Source: an uncultured Alphaproteobacteria bacterium (GTDB lineage: Bacteria; Pseudomonadota; Alphaproteobacteria; UBA6615). Taken from it: DNA of 64,000 bases. Both the position numbers and the translations under genes were made by a program. Positions within the stretch are counted from its first letter, which is position 1. Each line of letters begins with the position of its first letter. The notes under the pieces were generated by a model. The model did no database searches. It saw only the letters and a list, made by a program, of their open reading frames with translations, and was not told the origin of the DNA. Where the stretch lies: contig CALSNJ010000004.1 of NCBI GenBank assembly GCA_943787745.1, positions 84,983-148,982 of the forward strand. The letters are read 5' to 3'. Below, piece by piece: positions 9,544 through 19,252 of the stretch.

Positions 9544-9619
9544 TTGTCATACGCGGACTTGAGCCGCGTATCTCGCCTCCACCCCAGCGAGATGCCAGGG
9601 TCAAGCCCGGGCATGACAA
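9544..9619. repeat. Intergenic palindromic repeat (REP/RIME-like, GTCAT...ATGAC family)
   Basis: TTGTCAT...ATGACAA termini with internal hairpins; between convergent genes; related copy at 61840-61913. Confidence 0.75.
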
Positions 9620-9625
9620 TATCTC

Positions 9626-10429
9626 TTAGACCGTTTCCGATTCGATCAGACCCGCGACAAACCTCGCCATAACATCAAGCACCGCCTCGGGCTGATCGCG
9701 TTGCGGAGAATGACGGCAATCGGGGATGAGCAGGGTCTCGGCCCGGCCGCTCACTTGTGCGGCAATCGTATCAAGTTGCGCGCCAGAGCCATATTCATCG
9801 CCTTCGCCCTGGAGCACCAGAACCGGTGCCGTGATGCCGGACAGATATTCCTCGATGTTCCACGCACGGAAGGCGGGGTTAAGCCAGATGTCGTTCCAGC
9901 CCCAGAAGGTTGCATCGCCATCGGTGTGATGACGCCCGATACGTGCCGGCAGATCGGTGGTCTCATAAGCGCCCTTGGCGTCCTCAATCCCGGCGATGGT
10001 GATGTCTTCGACGAACACATGCGGTGCCATCACCATCAGCCCGCGCACCGGCCACTTGGCGGCACCCGCATGAATCAGTGAAATCGAGCCGCCATCGCTG
10101 TGGCCAACCAGAATTGCATCATCAAGGCCTAGCGCGTCTCGCAACGCGGGCAGAACCTCCAGGGCCTCGCGATGCATGTAGTCCACCGCACGCTTGCCTT
10201 CCAGAACGTCCGATCCGCCGTAGCCATAGCGGGACCAAACCAGCGCGGGCAGCCCTGTCCGTTCAGCCAACTGCGCCGGAAAATCACGCCACAATCTCGC
10301 TGAACCCAGCCCCTCATGAAGAAAGACCAGCACCGGCTCTCCCGCTTGCCGTGGCCGGGTCCAATAATGTTCCAGCCGGCGGCCGGTCACGGTGACATAT
10401 TCGATCTTCGGGGACACACTTTCGCTCAT
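9626..10429 (-). CDS. Alpha/beta hydrolase, divergent from boxC
   Basis: FLHEGLGS, nucleophile elbow GHSDGG, GEGDEYG, CRHSP. Confidence 0.87.
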   Translation of the reverse strand: MSESVSPKIEYVTVTGRRLEHYWTRPRQAGEPVLVFLHEGLGSARLWRDFPAQLAERTGLPALVWSRYGYGGSDVLEGKRAVDYMHREALEVLPALRDALGLDDAILVGHSDGGSISLIHAGAAKWPVRGLMVMAPHVFVEDITIAGIEDAKGAYETTDLPARIGRHHTDGDATFWGWNDIWLNPAFRAWNIEEYLSGITAPVLVLQGEGDEYGSGAQLDTIAAQVSGRAETLLIPDCRHSPQRDQPEAVLDVMARFVAGLIESETV

Positions 10430-10563
10430 CGCTCTTCCAGTTTCTGCTTGTCGTCAATTGGTCGGAGACAGGCTGCACAAGCTCCACAAACGGGCCTGTG
10501 TGACCTATCCTGCCAACCACACCACTGGTCTTCTACCCGGAAACAAGCGAGCATTGCGATCCC

Positions 10564-12213
10564 ATGATCGCCTTTGACACCCATCCCGATCAATACAAGC
10601 ACTGGCGTCTGTCGGTCGACGGTCGCGTCGCAACCTTGACCCTTGATGTGGACGAGGCCGGCGGTCTGGTCCCGGGCTATGAGCTGAAACTGAACTCCTA
10701 CGATCTCGGCGTCGATATCGAGCTCTATGACGCGGTCCAGCGGCTGCGCTTCGAACACCCCAACGTCGCCGCTGTGGTCGTGACCTCGGCGATGGAGCGC
10801 GTGTTCTGCGCCGGGGCAAACATCCCGATGCTCAAATCTTCCAGCCATGGTCACAAGGTGAACTTCTGCAAATTCACCAACGAGACCCGCAATGCCATTG
10901 AGGATGCCAGCGCCAACTCCGGGCAGGCCTATATCTGCATGGTGAACGGCACGGCAGCGGGCGGCGGCTATGAGCTGGCGCTGGCCTGTGATGAAATCCT
11001 GCTGGTCGATGACGGATCAAGCGCGGTGTCCCTGCCCGAGGTGCCCTTGCTCGCCGTCCTGCCGGGCACCGGCGGCCTGACCCGTGTGGTCGACAAGCGT
11101 CATGTGCGGCGCGACCTCGCGGATTTCTTTTGCACCACCGGCGAAGGCGTGCGTGGAAAACGGGCGCTGCAATGGAAGCTGGTCGATGCGTTGGTCCCCC
11201 GCTCCAAACTGGACGACACCGTTGCCCAACATGCGGCAGATCGCGTCGCGGATTCCGACCGGCCCGCCACCGCAAAGGGCATCGAACTGCAGCCCGTCAG
11301 ACGCACCATCGGCACCGACGATATTGCCTATCCAAATCTCTCCATCACAATCGACCGCGACCTTCGCACCGCGACCTTCACAGTGAACGCACCCACGGAG
11401 ACACCCCCGGCAGACCTGGCCGCCATTCATGCGGCTGGCGTTGACTACTGGCCCTTGGCGATCGCCCGCGAACTGGATGACGCGATCCTGCATCTGCGCT
11501 TCAATGAAGAGGAAATCGGCACCTGGGTCTTTCGGACAGAAGGCGATCCGGAATTGGTTGCTGCGGCGGACGAAGCCCTGCTCGCCCATTCCGATGACTG
11601 GCTCATCCGCGAGATCACGCTGTATCTGCGACGCACGCTCAAGCGCATCGACGTGTCATCGCGCTCACTGATCACTCTGATCGAGCCCGGATCGTGTTTT
11701 GTCGGCACCCTTTTCGAGTTGGCGCTCGCAGCCGACCGGTCCTACATGCTCGATGGCGGTTTTGAAGGCAGCAACACGCCGCCAGCGACCATCCGGCTGA
11801 CCGGTATGAACACCGGGCCACTGACCATGTGCAACGGTCTGACACGCCTGCAAACGCGCTTTTACGGCGATGAACCCGCGCTCGCAGCCGCACTGGCCGA
11901 AACCGGTAACGACCTTGAGGGGTTAGACGCCGCGGAAATCGGACTTGTCACCTTTGCTCCTGATGACATCGACTGGGAGGATGAGGTCCGCCTCGCCATC
12001 GAGGAACGCGCCGCCTTCTCCCCCGATGCGCTAACCGGCATGGAAGCAAGCCTGCGCTTCCCCGGCCCAGAAACGATTGAAAGCAAGATTTTTGCCCGCC
12101 TGAGCGCATGGCAGAACTGGATTTTCCAGCGCCCAAATGCTGTGGGCGATGACGGAGCACTTGAATTGTTTGGCACTGGCAAGCAACCTGAATTTGATCG
12201 GAAACGGGTCTAA
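10564..12213 (+). CDS. boxC: 2,3-epoxybenzoyl-CoA dihydrolase (ring-cleaving) BoxC
   Basis: YELKLNSYDLGVDIEL, HKVNFCKFTNETR, EVPLLAVLPGTGG, RLSAWQNWIFQRPNA; double-crotonase length. Confidence 0.95.
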   Translation: MIAFDTHPDQYKHWRLSVDGRVATLTLDVDEAGGLVPGYELKLNSYDLGVDIELYDAVQRLRFEHPNVAAVVVTSAMERVFCAGANIPMLKSSSHGHKVNFCKFTNETRNAIEDASANSGQAYICMVNGTAAGGGYELALACDEILLVDDGSSAVSLPEVPLLAVLPGTGGLTRVVDKRHVRRDLADFFCTTGEGVRGKRALQWKLVDALVPRSKLDDTVAQHAADRVADSDRPATAKGIELQPVRRTIGTDDIAYPNLSITIDRDLRTATFTVNAPTETPPADLAAIHAAGVDYWPLAIARELDDAILHLRFNEEEIGTWVFRTEGDPELVAAADEALLAHSDDWLIREITLYLRRTLKRIDVSSRSLITLIEPGSCFVGTLFELALAADRSYMLDGGFEGSNTPPATIRLTGMNTGPLTMCNGLTRLQTRFYGDEPALAAALAETGNDLEGLDAAEIGLVTFAPDDIDWEDEVRLAIEERAAFSPDALTGMEASLRFPGPETIESKIFARLSAWQNWIFQRPNAVGDDGALELFGTGKQPEFDRKRV

Positions 12214-12217
12214 CGCC

Positions 12218-13633
12218 ATGAATATCGACTACAATGAAACCATCCCCAACAATGTGGACCTCGGTGATGACCGCCGCCTGCTCCGCGCGCTTGAGCGCTG
12301 GCAGCCCGCCTATATTGAATGGTGGAAGGAGATGGGTCCGGTCCAGTCGGACATGCACAAAATCTATCTGCGTACCGCGGTCAGCGTCGACACCGATGGC
12401 TGGGCCCATTTCGATTATGTCCACATGCCCGAATATCGATGGGGCATCTTTCTCAACCAGCCCGAAAAAGATCGCAAGATCGGCTTCGGTGCGCACAAGG
12501 GAGAGGATGTCTGGACAGATATTCCCGGCGAGTACCGCAGTGAACTCCGTCGCCTGATCGTCACACAGGGCGACACCGAACCCGCCTCGGTCGAACAGCA
12601 GCGTCAGCTCGGCCGGACAGCGCCCTCGCTTTATGACCTGCGCAATCTCTATCAGGTGAATGTTGAAGAAGGCCGCCACCTCTGGGCCATGGTCTACCTG
12701 CTGCACGCCTATTTCGGACGTGACGGCCGCGAAGAGGCCGACGAGATGCTCGAACGCCATGCGGGAGACCCGGACCGCCCTCGTATCCTGAAAGCTTTCA
12801 ACGAGGAAACCGCGGACTGGCTGTCCTTCTTCATGTTTACCTATTTCCAGGACCGGGACGGCAAGTTCCAGCTCGCCGCGCTGGCCGAAAGCGGTTTTGA
12901 CCCGCTCGCGCGCACCTGCCGCTTCATGCTGACCGAAGAAGCTCACCACATGTTCGTGGGCGAAACCGGTATCATGCGCGTCCTGCAGCGCACCTGCGAG
13001 TTGATGAACCAACACAACACGGATGATGTCCGCCCCTATGGCGGGATCAATATCAACACGATCCAGAAATGGATCAATTTCCACTATTCGATCTGCCTCG
13101 ATCTCTTCGGCTCGGAGCGTTCGACCAATGCGGCGAACTACTTCTCCATGGGCCTGAAGGGACGCTATCGAGAGAGCAAGCTCGACGACGACCACAAGCT
13201 CGACGGGGAACAAGTTGAAATTCCGAGAGTGACCGAGAACGGGATCGGCTCTGAAACCATCGCAGCCCTGACGACCATGAACCTGAAGCTGCGACAGGAT
13301 TACACCAAGGACAGCCAACGCGGTTTGAACCGATTCAACAAGATGATCGATGCCCATGACATCGACGCGACACTGAGCCTGCCCGCCGACACCTTCAACC
13401 GCTCCATCGGCATCTATGCCGGGATCAACGCCACGCCCGAGGGCAAACTGATCTCCGGCGAAGAGTGGGCCGCCTCAAAACACGCCTGGCTGCCGACCGA
13501 CGACGATCACAAATATGTTCGCTCGATCATGATACCCGTCACCGCGCCCGGTAAAATGGCAAGCTGGATCGCACCGCCCAAACGTGGCATCCATGGCCAG
13601 CCCATCGATTACGAGTATGTTCTTTTCCATTAG
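12218..13633 (+). CDS. boxB: Benzoyl-CoA 2,3-epoxidase di-iron subunit BoxB
   Basis: IPNNVDL, QGDTEPASVEQQ, NVEEGRHLWAM, DRDGKFQL, MLTEEAHHMFVG. Confidence 0.95.
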   Translation: MNIDYNETIPNNVDLGDDRRLLRALERWQPAYIEWWKEMGPVQSDMHKIYLRTAVSVDTDGWAHFDYVHMPEYRWGIFLNQPEKDRKIGFGAHKGEDVWTDIPGEYRSELRRLIVTQGDTEPASVEQQRQLGRTAPSLYDLRNLYQVNVEEGRHLWAMVYLLHAYFGRDGREEADEMLERHAGDPDRPRILKAFNEETADWLSFFMFTYFQDRDGKFQLAALAESGFDPLARTCRFMLTEEAHHMFVGETGIMRVLQRTCELMNQHNTDDVRPYGGININTIQKWINFHYSICLDLFGSERSTNAANYFSMGLKGRYRESKLDDDHKLDGEQVEIPRVTENGIGSETIAALTTMNLKLRQDYTKDSQRGLNRFNKMIDAHDIDATLSLPADTFNRSIGIYAGINATPEGKLISGEEWAASKHAWLPTDDDHKYVRSIMIPVTAPGKMASWIAPPKRGIHGQPIDYEYVLFH

Positions 13634-13674
13634 GAAACGGAACTCGCCGCCGTATGCGCGGAGGATTAAGAAAC

Positions 13675-15252
13675 ATGAACCCCAACACCGTCGCAGTCGA
13701 TAGCACTGTCAGCCCGGCCAAACTGACCTTCGCCAACAGCTTCAACGTCGCCGTTCCCTTTATTGACCGCCATGTCACTGAAGGACGTGGCGATAAAGTT
13801 GCGATCCGCACAACTGATGGTGACACCACCTATGCCGAACTGCTGGAAGGCGTAAACCGGGCTGGCAACGTGTTGATCAGCCTGGGGTTGAAACCCGGCG
13901 ACCGGGTTCTCATGGTGGTGAAAGATTCACCCACATTCCCGTTCCTGTTCTGGGGCGCCATCAAGGCAGGCTTCGTGCCGGTCCCGGTCAACACATTGCT
14001 CCACGCCAAGGACTATCAGTACATGGCGATCGATTCCGACGCGGCCTGCGTTGTCTGGTCGCCGGAGTTTGAGTCCTGTATTCGGGCGGCACTTGACCGG
14101 ATGGCGATACAGCCGCTTCACCAGTTCCCCACCGAGGGAGACGGCAAAACCTTTGCATCCCTTCTCGCCAACGCCTCGACAGACCTGAACCCGTTTCCCG
14201 CGTCTGCAGATGCAGACTGTTTCTGGCTGTACACTTCGGGCTCGACCGGCGACCCGAAGGGCGCGGTACACGCGCATAAGGACATGGTCGTCACCAGCCA
14301 GTATTACGGTGTTGAAACCCTCAGCATCACCGAAAAGGACATCTGCCTGTCTGCGGCAAAGCTGTTTTTTGCCTATGGACTGGGCAATGCCATGACCTTC
14401 CCATTCTGGGTCGGCGGGCAGGCCGTGCTGTGGGGTGGCCGCACAACGCCCGATAGTATGTTCGAGCATATCGAGCGATTTAGACCGACTCTCTATTTTG
14501 GTGTCCCAACACTGTTTGCCACTCAGCTTCAAACCCTGTCACATACCTCTCCGGATCTCTCGAGCCTGCGCGTGTGCGTGTCCGCCGGAGAGCCGCTCCC
14601 CGCCAATATTTTCAAGCGCTGGGAAGCACGTACAAATCTCAAGATCCTCGACGGCATCGGAACGACAGAAAACCTCCACATCTTCATCAGCAACCGGCCC
14701 GATGACGTTCGCACCGGCGTCAGCGGACGCCCTGTCCCCGGATATCAAATCAAAATCGTGAATGACAAAGGCGGCCCCGTGAAACAGGGCGAGATTGGCC
14801 ATTTGATGGTGCGCGGCCAATCCGCCACATCACGTTACTGGAAACTGCCCGAACGCACGGAAGCAACTCTGGTCGATGGCTGGCTGCGCACCGGAGATTC
14901 CTACTATCAGGACGAAGACGGTTATTACATCTGCTGCGGACGCAGCGATGACATGCTCAAGGTTGGCGGTATCTGGGTGTCTCCTGTGGAGATCGAATCG
15001 CGCCTGATGGACCACGAGGCCGTCCTCGAAGCTGCCGTGGTGGGCCGCACCGACGATGATCAACTGGTCAAGGCCGAAGCCTTCATCATCCTTGATGAAG
15101 GCCACACGGCCTCCGATTCACTTGCAGAGGCATTGCAGGCCTTCTGCAAGGCTGGTCTCGCACGCTACAAATACCCACGTTGGGTGCATTTTGTGGATGA
15201 GTTGCCCAAGACCGCGACGGGGAAAATTCAAAGATTCATCCTGCGGGCCTGA
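13675..15252 (+). CDS. Benzoate-CoA ligase family protein
   Basis: FWLYTSGSTGDPKG, SAAKLFFAYGLGN, DGIGTTENLHIF, LKVGGIWVSP, PKTATGKIQRF; GGAGG upstream. Confidence 0.92.
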   Translation: MNPNTVAVDSTVSPAKLTFANSFNVAVPFIDRHVTEGRGDKVAIRTTDGDTTYAELLEGVNRAGNVLISLGLKPGDRVLMVVKDSPTFPFLFWGAIKAGFVPVPVNTLLHAKDYQYMAIDSDAACVVWSPEFESCIRAALDRMAIQPLHQFPTEGDGKTFASLLANASTDLNPFPASADADCFWLYTSGSTGDPKGAVHAHKDMVVTSQYYGVETLSITEKDICLSAAKLFFAYGLGNAMTFPFWVGGQAVLWGGRTTPDSMFEHIERFRPTLYFGVPTLFATQLQTLSHTSPDLSSLRVCVSAGEPLPANIFKRWEARTNLKILDGIGTTENLHIFISNRPDDVRTGVSGRPVPGYQIKIVNDKGGPVKQGEIGHLMVRGQSATSRYWKLPERTEATLVDGWLRTGDSYYQDEDGYYICCGRSDDMLKVGGIWVSPVEIESRLMDHEAVLEAAVVGRTDDDQLVKAEAFIILDEGHTASDSLAEALQAFCKAGLARYKYPRWVHFVDELPKTATGKIQRFILRA

Positions 15253-15302
15253 CCCGGATCACGCCGCAAACACGCGCCCCCTTTTCAAAGGAAGAGCAGG
15301 CC

Positions 15303-16253
15303 ATGGAACTTCACCCGCAAATCCGCAAAGCCGTCGGCATGATGGCCGGCGTGAGCTTTCCCGACCTGAGCCCGGGCGAAGCACGCGCCGTGCTGCGTGA
15401 ACGGGTCGCCATCCTCAACCAACCACCTGTGCCGCTCCGCCGGGTGATGGACCTCTACCCGTCAGGACCGGGCGGGCCGGTACCCCTGCGCGTTTATGTT
15501 CCGGTGACCGCACCGACCGACGAAGCCCTGCCGGTCGTCGTGTATTTCCACGGCGGCGGCTGGACCATCGGCTGTCACGACACCGTAGAGCCGCAATGCC
15601 GCTACATGGCCAATGCAGCACGCGCCATCTTCGTGTCGGTCGAATACCGGCTGGCGCCCGAGCACAAATTTCCCGCTGCCTTCGATGATTGCCAATGGGC
15701 CGTGCGCTGGGTGCACGAACATGCCGCCGAACTCGGTGCCGATCCCACCCGCATTGCCGTCGCGGGCGATAGCGCCGGCGGCAATCTGACCGCCGTGACC
15801 GCCCAGCAATTGCGCGAATCCGGCCCAAAACTGGCTGCGCAGGTGCTGATCTGTCCGATCACCAATCTGATCTTCGACACCCCTTCCTACATCGAAAACG
15901 CGGAGGGGCCCGTCCTCACGCGGCGCATGCAGGACCGCTGGGTAGAGAACTATCTCGATGACGAAGCGCTACGACACGACCCGCGTGTCTCGCCATTGCT
16001 GGCCAATGACTTTGCGGGGCTTCCCCCAGCCACGGTGATCACGGCGAGCCATGACCCTCTGCGGGATGAAGGCATCGCATATACCGAACGCCTCGTTGCG
16101 GCGGGCGTGCCGGTGCGCCAGCGCAACTGGGAAGGCTACACCCACCTGTTTCCAAGCATGGGCGGCTATGTGGATGCCGCCTTCGAGGCGCTGGACTTTG
16201 CTGCCGGGGGATTGCGGGAGGCGTTTGAAGACGCCGGCACCAACAAGTCGTAA
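15303..16253 (+). CDS. Hormone-sensitive-lipase family esterase/lipase (alpha/beta hydrolase)
   Basis: HGGGW, YRLAPEHKFP, GDSAGG, DPLRDEG. Confidence 0.92.
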   Translation: MELHPQIRKAVGMMAGVSFPDLSPGEARAVLRERVAILNQPPVPLRRVMDLYPSGPGGPVPLRVYVPVTAPTDEALPVVVYFHGGGWTIGCHDTVEPQCRYMANAARAIFVSVEYRLAPEHKFPAAFDDCQWAVRWVHEHAAELGADPTRIAVAGDSAGGNLTAVTAQQLRESGPKLAAQVLICPITNLIFDTPSYIENAEGPVLTRRMQDRWVENYLDDEALRHDPRVSPLLANDFAGLPPATVITASHDPLRDEGIAYTERLVAAGVPVRQRNWEGYTHLFPSMGGYVDAAFEALDFAAGGLREAFEDAGTNKS

Positions 16254-16284
16254 CCCGGACCGCTCAGACCGACAGGATTCTGCC

Positions 16285-16361
16285 GTCATCGCGAGCCCCG
16301 AAGGGGCGCGGCGATCCACTGTCAGACTGGATTGCTTCGTTGCTGCGCGCCTCGCAATGAC
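16285..16361. repeat. Intergenic palindromic repeat (GTCAT-CGCGAG...GGATTGCTTCG...CTCGCAATGAC type)
   Basis: Self-complementary termini and internal ATCCA/TGGAT arms; between convergent genes. Confidence 0.7.
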
Positions 16362-16375
16362 AGAAAGGCCACGCT

Positions 16376-16798
16376 CTATTTCTCGTGGATGACGTTCTGC
16401 GAACCATCCGCACCCATGAACACCACCAGAATTCGCACAGGCACATCGCCATCATTGATGCCGTTATGGGTCACAGTTTCGGCTTCCATGAAGGCTTCGC
16501 CCTTACGATAGGTGCGCTTGCCATGGGTGCCGTAGTCCACGGTCACCTGACCCTCAAGAATATAGCCGTATGTCGGGACACCATGACGGTGCGGACCGGT
16601 TTCCTCGCCGGGTTTCATGGTCACGATCAGGCTGGTGACCTTTGCCGGACCCGATTCGGGATAGACCAACGTCTCGCCAACGATGTTCTTCGAGCCGTCG
16701 AACAACGGCACAACCCGGGCGTAGTCATCGGCAGCCAGGAGCGGCGTGGTCGCAAGGCAGAACAGCAATGCGAGAGGGAAAGAGCGTTTCAAGCGCAT
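16376..16798 (-). CDS. Cupin domain protein with N-terminal signal peptide
   Basis: MRLKRSFPLALLFCLATTPLLA signal-like; GPHRHGVPTYGYILEG and HNGIN cupin motifs. Confidence 0.8.
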   Translation of the reverse strand: MRLKRSFPLALLFCLATTPLLAADDYARVVPLFDGSKNIVGETLVYPESGPAKVTSLIVTMKPGEETGPHRHGVPTYGYILEGQVTVDYGTHGKRTYRKGEAFMEAETVTHNGINDGDVPVRILVVFMGADGSQNVIHEK

Positions 16799-16834
16799 GA
16801 GTTGGATACCTTCGATTGAATTATGACAGGGGCC

Positions 16835-17536
16835 CTAAACCCCCAGATACCGCTCCTGCAGCGCCTTGTCGGCACGGAGTTCATCTGACGTGCCGTTCCA
16901 AACAACACGGCCCTTTTCCACGATGTGGTGGCGGTCGGCGATCCGGGTGAGTGCGGCGACGTTCTTGTCGATGACCAGAATCGACTGCTTCGCAGTCTTG
17001 AGGTCGGACAGGCAGGACCAGATTTCCTGACGGACCAGAGGTGCCAGACCTTCGGTGGCTTCATCCAGGACCAGAAGTTTGGGGTTGGTCATCAGGGCGC
17101 GACCGACCGCGAGCATCTGCTGCTCGCCACCGGAAAGCTGATTGCCGGCGCTTTCCAGACGCGGCGTGAGCCCGGGGAACAGGTCGATCACCTTGTCGAA
17201 GGTCCAGCTTTCGCCTTCGCCCTCGCGCGGACGTGCCGTCGCGACCAAGTTTTCACGGACGGACAGGTTCGGAAAAATCTGCCGGCCCTCGGGCACAAGA
17301 CCGATCCCGGCCTGTGCCACCTTGTGAGACGGCAAACCGTGGATCCCCAGACCATCAAACATGATCCGCCCGGCATCCGGGCGCAGGATGCCCATAAGTG
17401 CGCGGATGGTCGTCGTCTTGCCCATGCCGTTGCGGCCGAGCAGGGTGGCGACCTCTCCGGCACCGATGGCAAAATCCATCCCGAACAGCACTTGGCTGTC
17501 GCCATAGGAGGCATTCAGGCCACGCACCTCAAGCAT
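16835..17536 (-). CDS. Liv-type ABC transporter ATP-binding subunit (LivF-like)
   Basis: GRNGMGKTT, LSGGEQQML, LDEATEGL. Confidence 0.93.
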   Translation of the reverse strand: MLEVRGLNASYGDSQVLFGMDFAIGAGEVATLLGRNGMGKTTTIRALMGILRPDAGRIMFDGLGIHGLPSHKVAQAGIGLVPEGRQIFPNLSVRENLVATARPREGEGESWTFDKVIDLFPGLTPRLESAGNQLSGGEQQMLAVGRALMTNPKLLVLDEATEGLAPLVRQEIWSCLSDLKTAKQSILVIDKNVAALTRIADRHHIVEKGRVVWNGTSDELRADKALQERYLGV

Positions 17537-18306
17537 CAGACGATCTCCTCTTCGCCCAGATAGGCTTCGCGGACCGCAGGATCGTTGCGGATGTCATCCC
17601 GTGCGCCCGTGGCGATGACCTTGCCGTAGACGAGCACCGTGATCCGGTCGGCCAGCGCGAAGACGGCATCCATGTCGTGTTCAACCAGCAGCATGGTGTA
17701 GTCACCCTTGAGCGCCCGCAGGAAGGTGATCATGCCCTGACTTTCCTCCGGGCCCATGCCGGCCATCGGCTCGTCGAGAAGCAGGAATGTCGGTTCGGTT
17801 GCCAGCGAGATCGCGATCTCCAACTGGCGTTGTTCGCCATAGGCGAGATCACCGGCACGGACCTCCATCCGGTCGCCAAGCCCGACCCGCTCGAGCAAGG
17901 CACGCGCGGGATCGATCAGACTGGTATCACGTGATACCGGCTTCCAGAACCGGAAGCTGTGACCCTGGGTCGCCTGTACCGAGAGCATGACGTTCTCGAG
18001 GGTTGTGAAATCCCGGAAGATACTGGTGATCTGGTAGGATCGTGCCAGGCCCGCGCGCACCCGCGCCGGACCGGCCATGCGCGTGATATCCCGCCCGTTG
18101 AACAGGATATTGCCCGCATCCGGACGCATCTCACCCGAGAGCATATTCACCAGCGTCGTCTTGCCCGCGCCATTGGGACCAATGACGGCGTGAATCTCGC
18201 CGGTTTCCACCGACAGGGATAGATTGTCCGTCGCGGTCAGGCCGCCGAAGGTCTTGATCAGGCTGTTCGCACTCAGTGCGACGGGTTTGGTCATGGCATC
18301 ACTCAC
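17536..18306 (-). CDS. Liv-type ABC transporter ATP-binding subunit (LivG-like)
   Basis: GPNGAGKTT, LAYGEQRQLE, LLDEPMAG, VEHDM, VREAYLG. Confidence 0.93.
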   Translation of the reverse strand: MSDAMTKPVALSANSLIKTFGGLTATDNLSLSVETGEIHAVIGPNGAGKTTLVNMLSGEMRPDAGNILFNGRDITRMAGPARVRAGLARSYQITSIFRDFTTLENVMLSVQATQGHSFRFWKPVSRDTSLIDPARALLERVGLGDRMEVRAGDLAYGEQRQLEIAISLATEPTFLLLDEPMAGMGPEESQGMITFLRALKGDYTMLLVEHDMDAVFALADRITVLVYGKVIATGARDDIRNDPAVREAYLGEEEIV

Positions 18307-19252
18307 GGCGTGACTTCGGCGTCAGAAGCCCGGCAATACCGCCGCGCGCAAACAGTACAACCAGAACCAGAAACGGCCCGAAGATGATGTGCCAGTGATG
18401 GGTCCAGCCCGCGAGAATTTCCGACAACATGAGGAAGACAAACGCACCCGTGACCGGCCCGAACAGCGTCGACATACCGCCGAGCACAACCATGAAGATC
18501 AGCTCACCCGAGCGGGGCCAGTTCATCATGTCCGGTGAGACAAAACGCTCAAAATTTGCCTGCAACAGTCCCGCGATACCGCACATGATTCCGGCGATGA
18601 CAAAGGCGGTCAGGCGATACCGGTAGGTCGCAACGCCAATGGACTGAACCCGTGCATCGTTGGATTTGGCCGCGCGCATGATATTGCCAAAGCGGGAGTT
18701 CACAAGACGCCAGCTGACCAGCACGCTCGCCACTAGGAAGGCGAAGATCGTGTAATACATGGTCATTTTGTCTTCGAGGGAGAAGAACGAGACCCCGAAA
18801 TCGCTGCGCGCAAGGATGTTCAGGCCGTCATCGCTGCCATAGCGCTCCGCGCTGACCGACAGGAAAAAGATCATCTGCGCCAGCGCCAGGGTGATCATGA
18901 TAAAATAGACACCCTTGGTCCGCAGGCTGATCGCCCCGAAGATCAGCGCGATCAGGCCGCTCAGGCCGATGGCGAGCGGCCACTGGATCCAGGCATTGGT
19001 CACCCCGTGAAAGGCCAGTATGCCCACTGTATAGCCGCCGATCCCGAGATAGACCGCGTGGCCGAAGCTGATCAGCCCGCCATAGCCCATGATCAGGTTG
19101 AGACTGACCGCCGCAATTCCCCAGATCATGATCCGGGCAAACACAGTCACATAGAAGGTTTCACCGATGGCGGGCGCCACAAAGGGCGTCAACGCGAAGA
19201 TCACCATCACGACGGCGGTGAACATGTTTGCCGGATTCTTCAGTGCATTCAT
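18299..19252 (-). CDS. Liv-type ABC transporter permease (LivM-like)
   Basis: GYGGLISFGH, GVYFIMITLALAQ, MVVLGG. Confidence 0.92.
   Translation of the reverse strand: MNALKNPANMFTAVVMVIFALTPFVAPAIGETFYVTVFARIMIWGIAAVSLNLIMGYGGLISFGHAVYLGIGGYTVGILAFHGVTNAWIQWPLAIGLSGLIALIFGAISLRTKGVYFIMITLALAQMIFFLSVSAERYGSDDGLNILARSDFGVSFFSLEDKMTMYYTIFAFLVASVLVSWRLVNSRFGNIMRAAKSNDARVQSIGVATYRYRLTAFVIAGIMCGIAGLLQANFERFVSPDMMNWPRSGELIFMVVLGGMSTLFGPVTGAFVFLMLSEILAGWTHHWHIIFGPFLVLVVLFARGGIAGLLTPKSRRE

Noticed and set aside
11948-13357. 469-aa minus-strand ORF (similar cases at 5581-6552, 31770-32903, 36337-37737, 48462-49652)
   Set aside because: Antisense or off-frame overlaps of well-supported genes, no recognisable domains.
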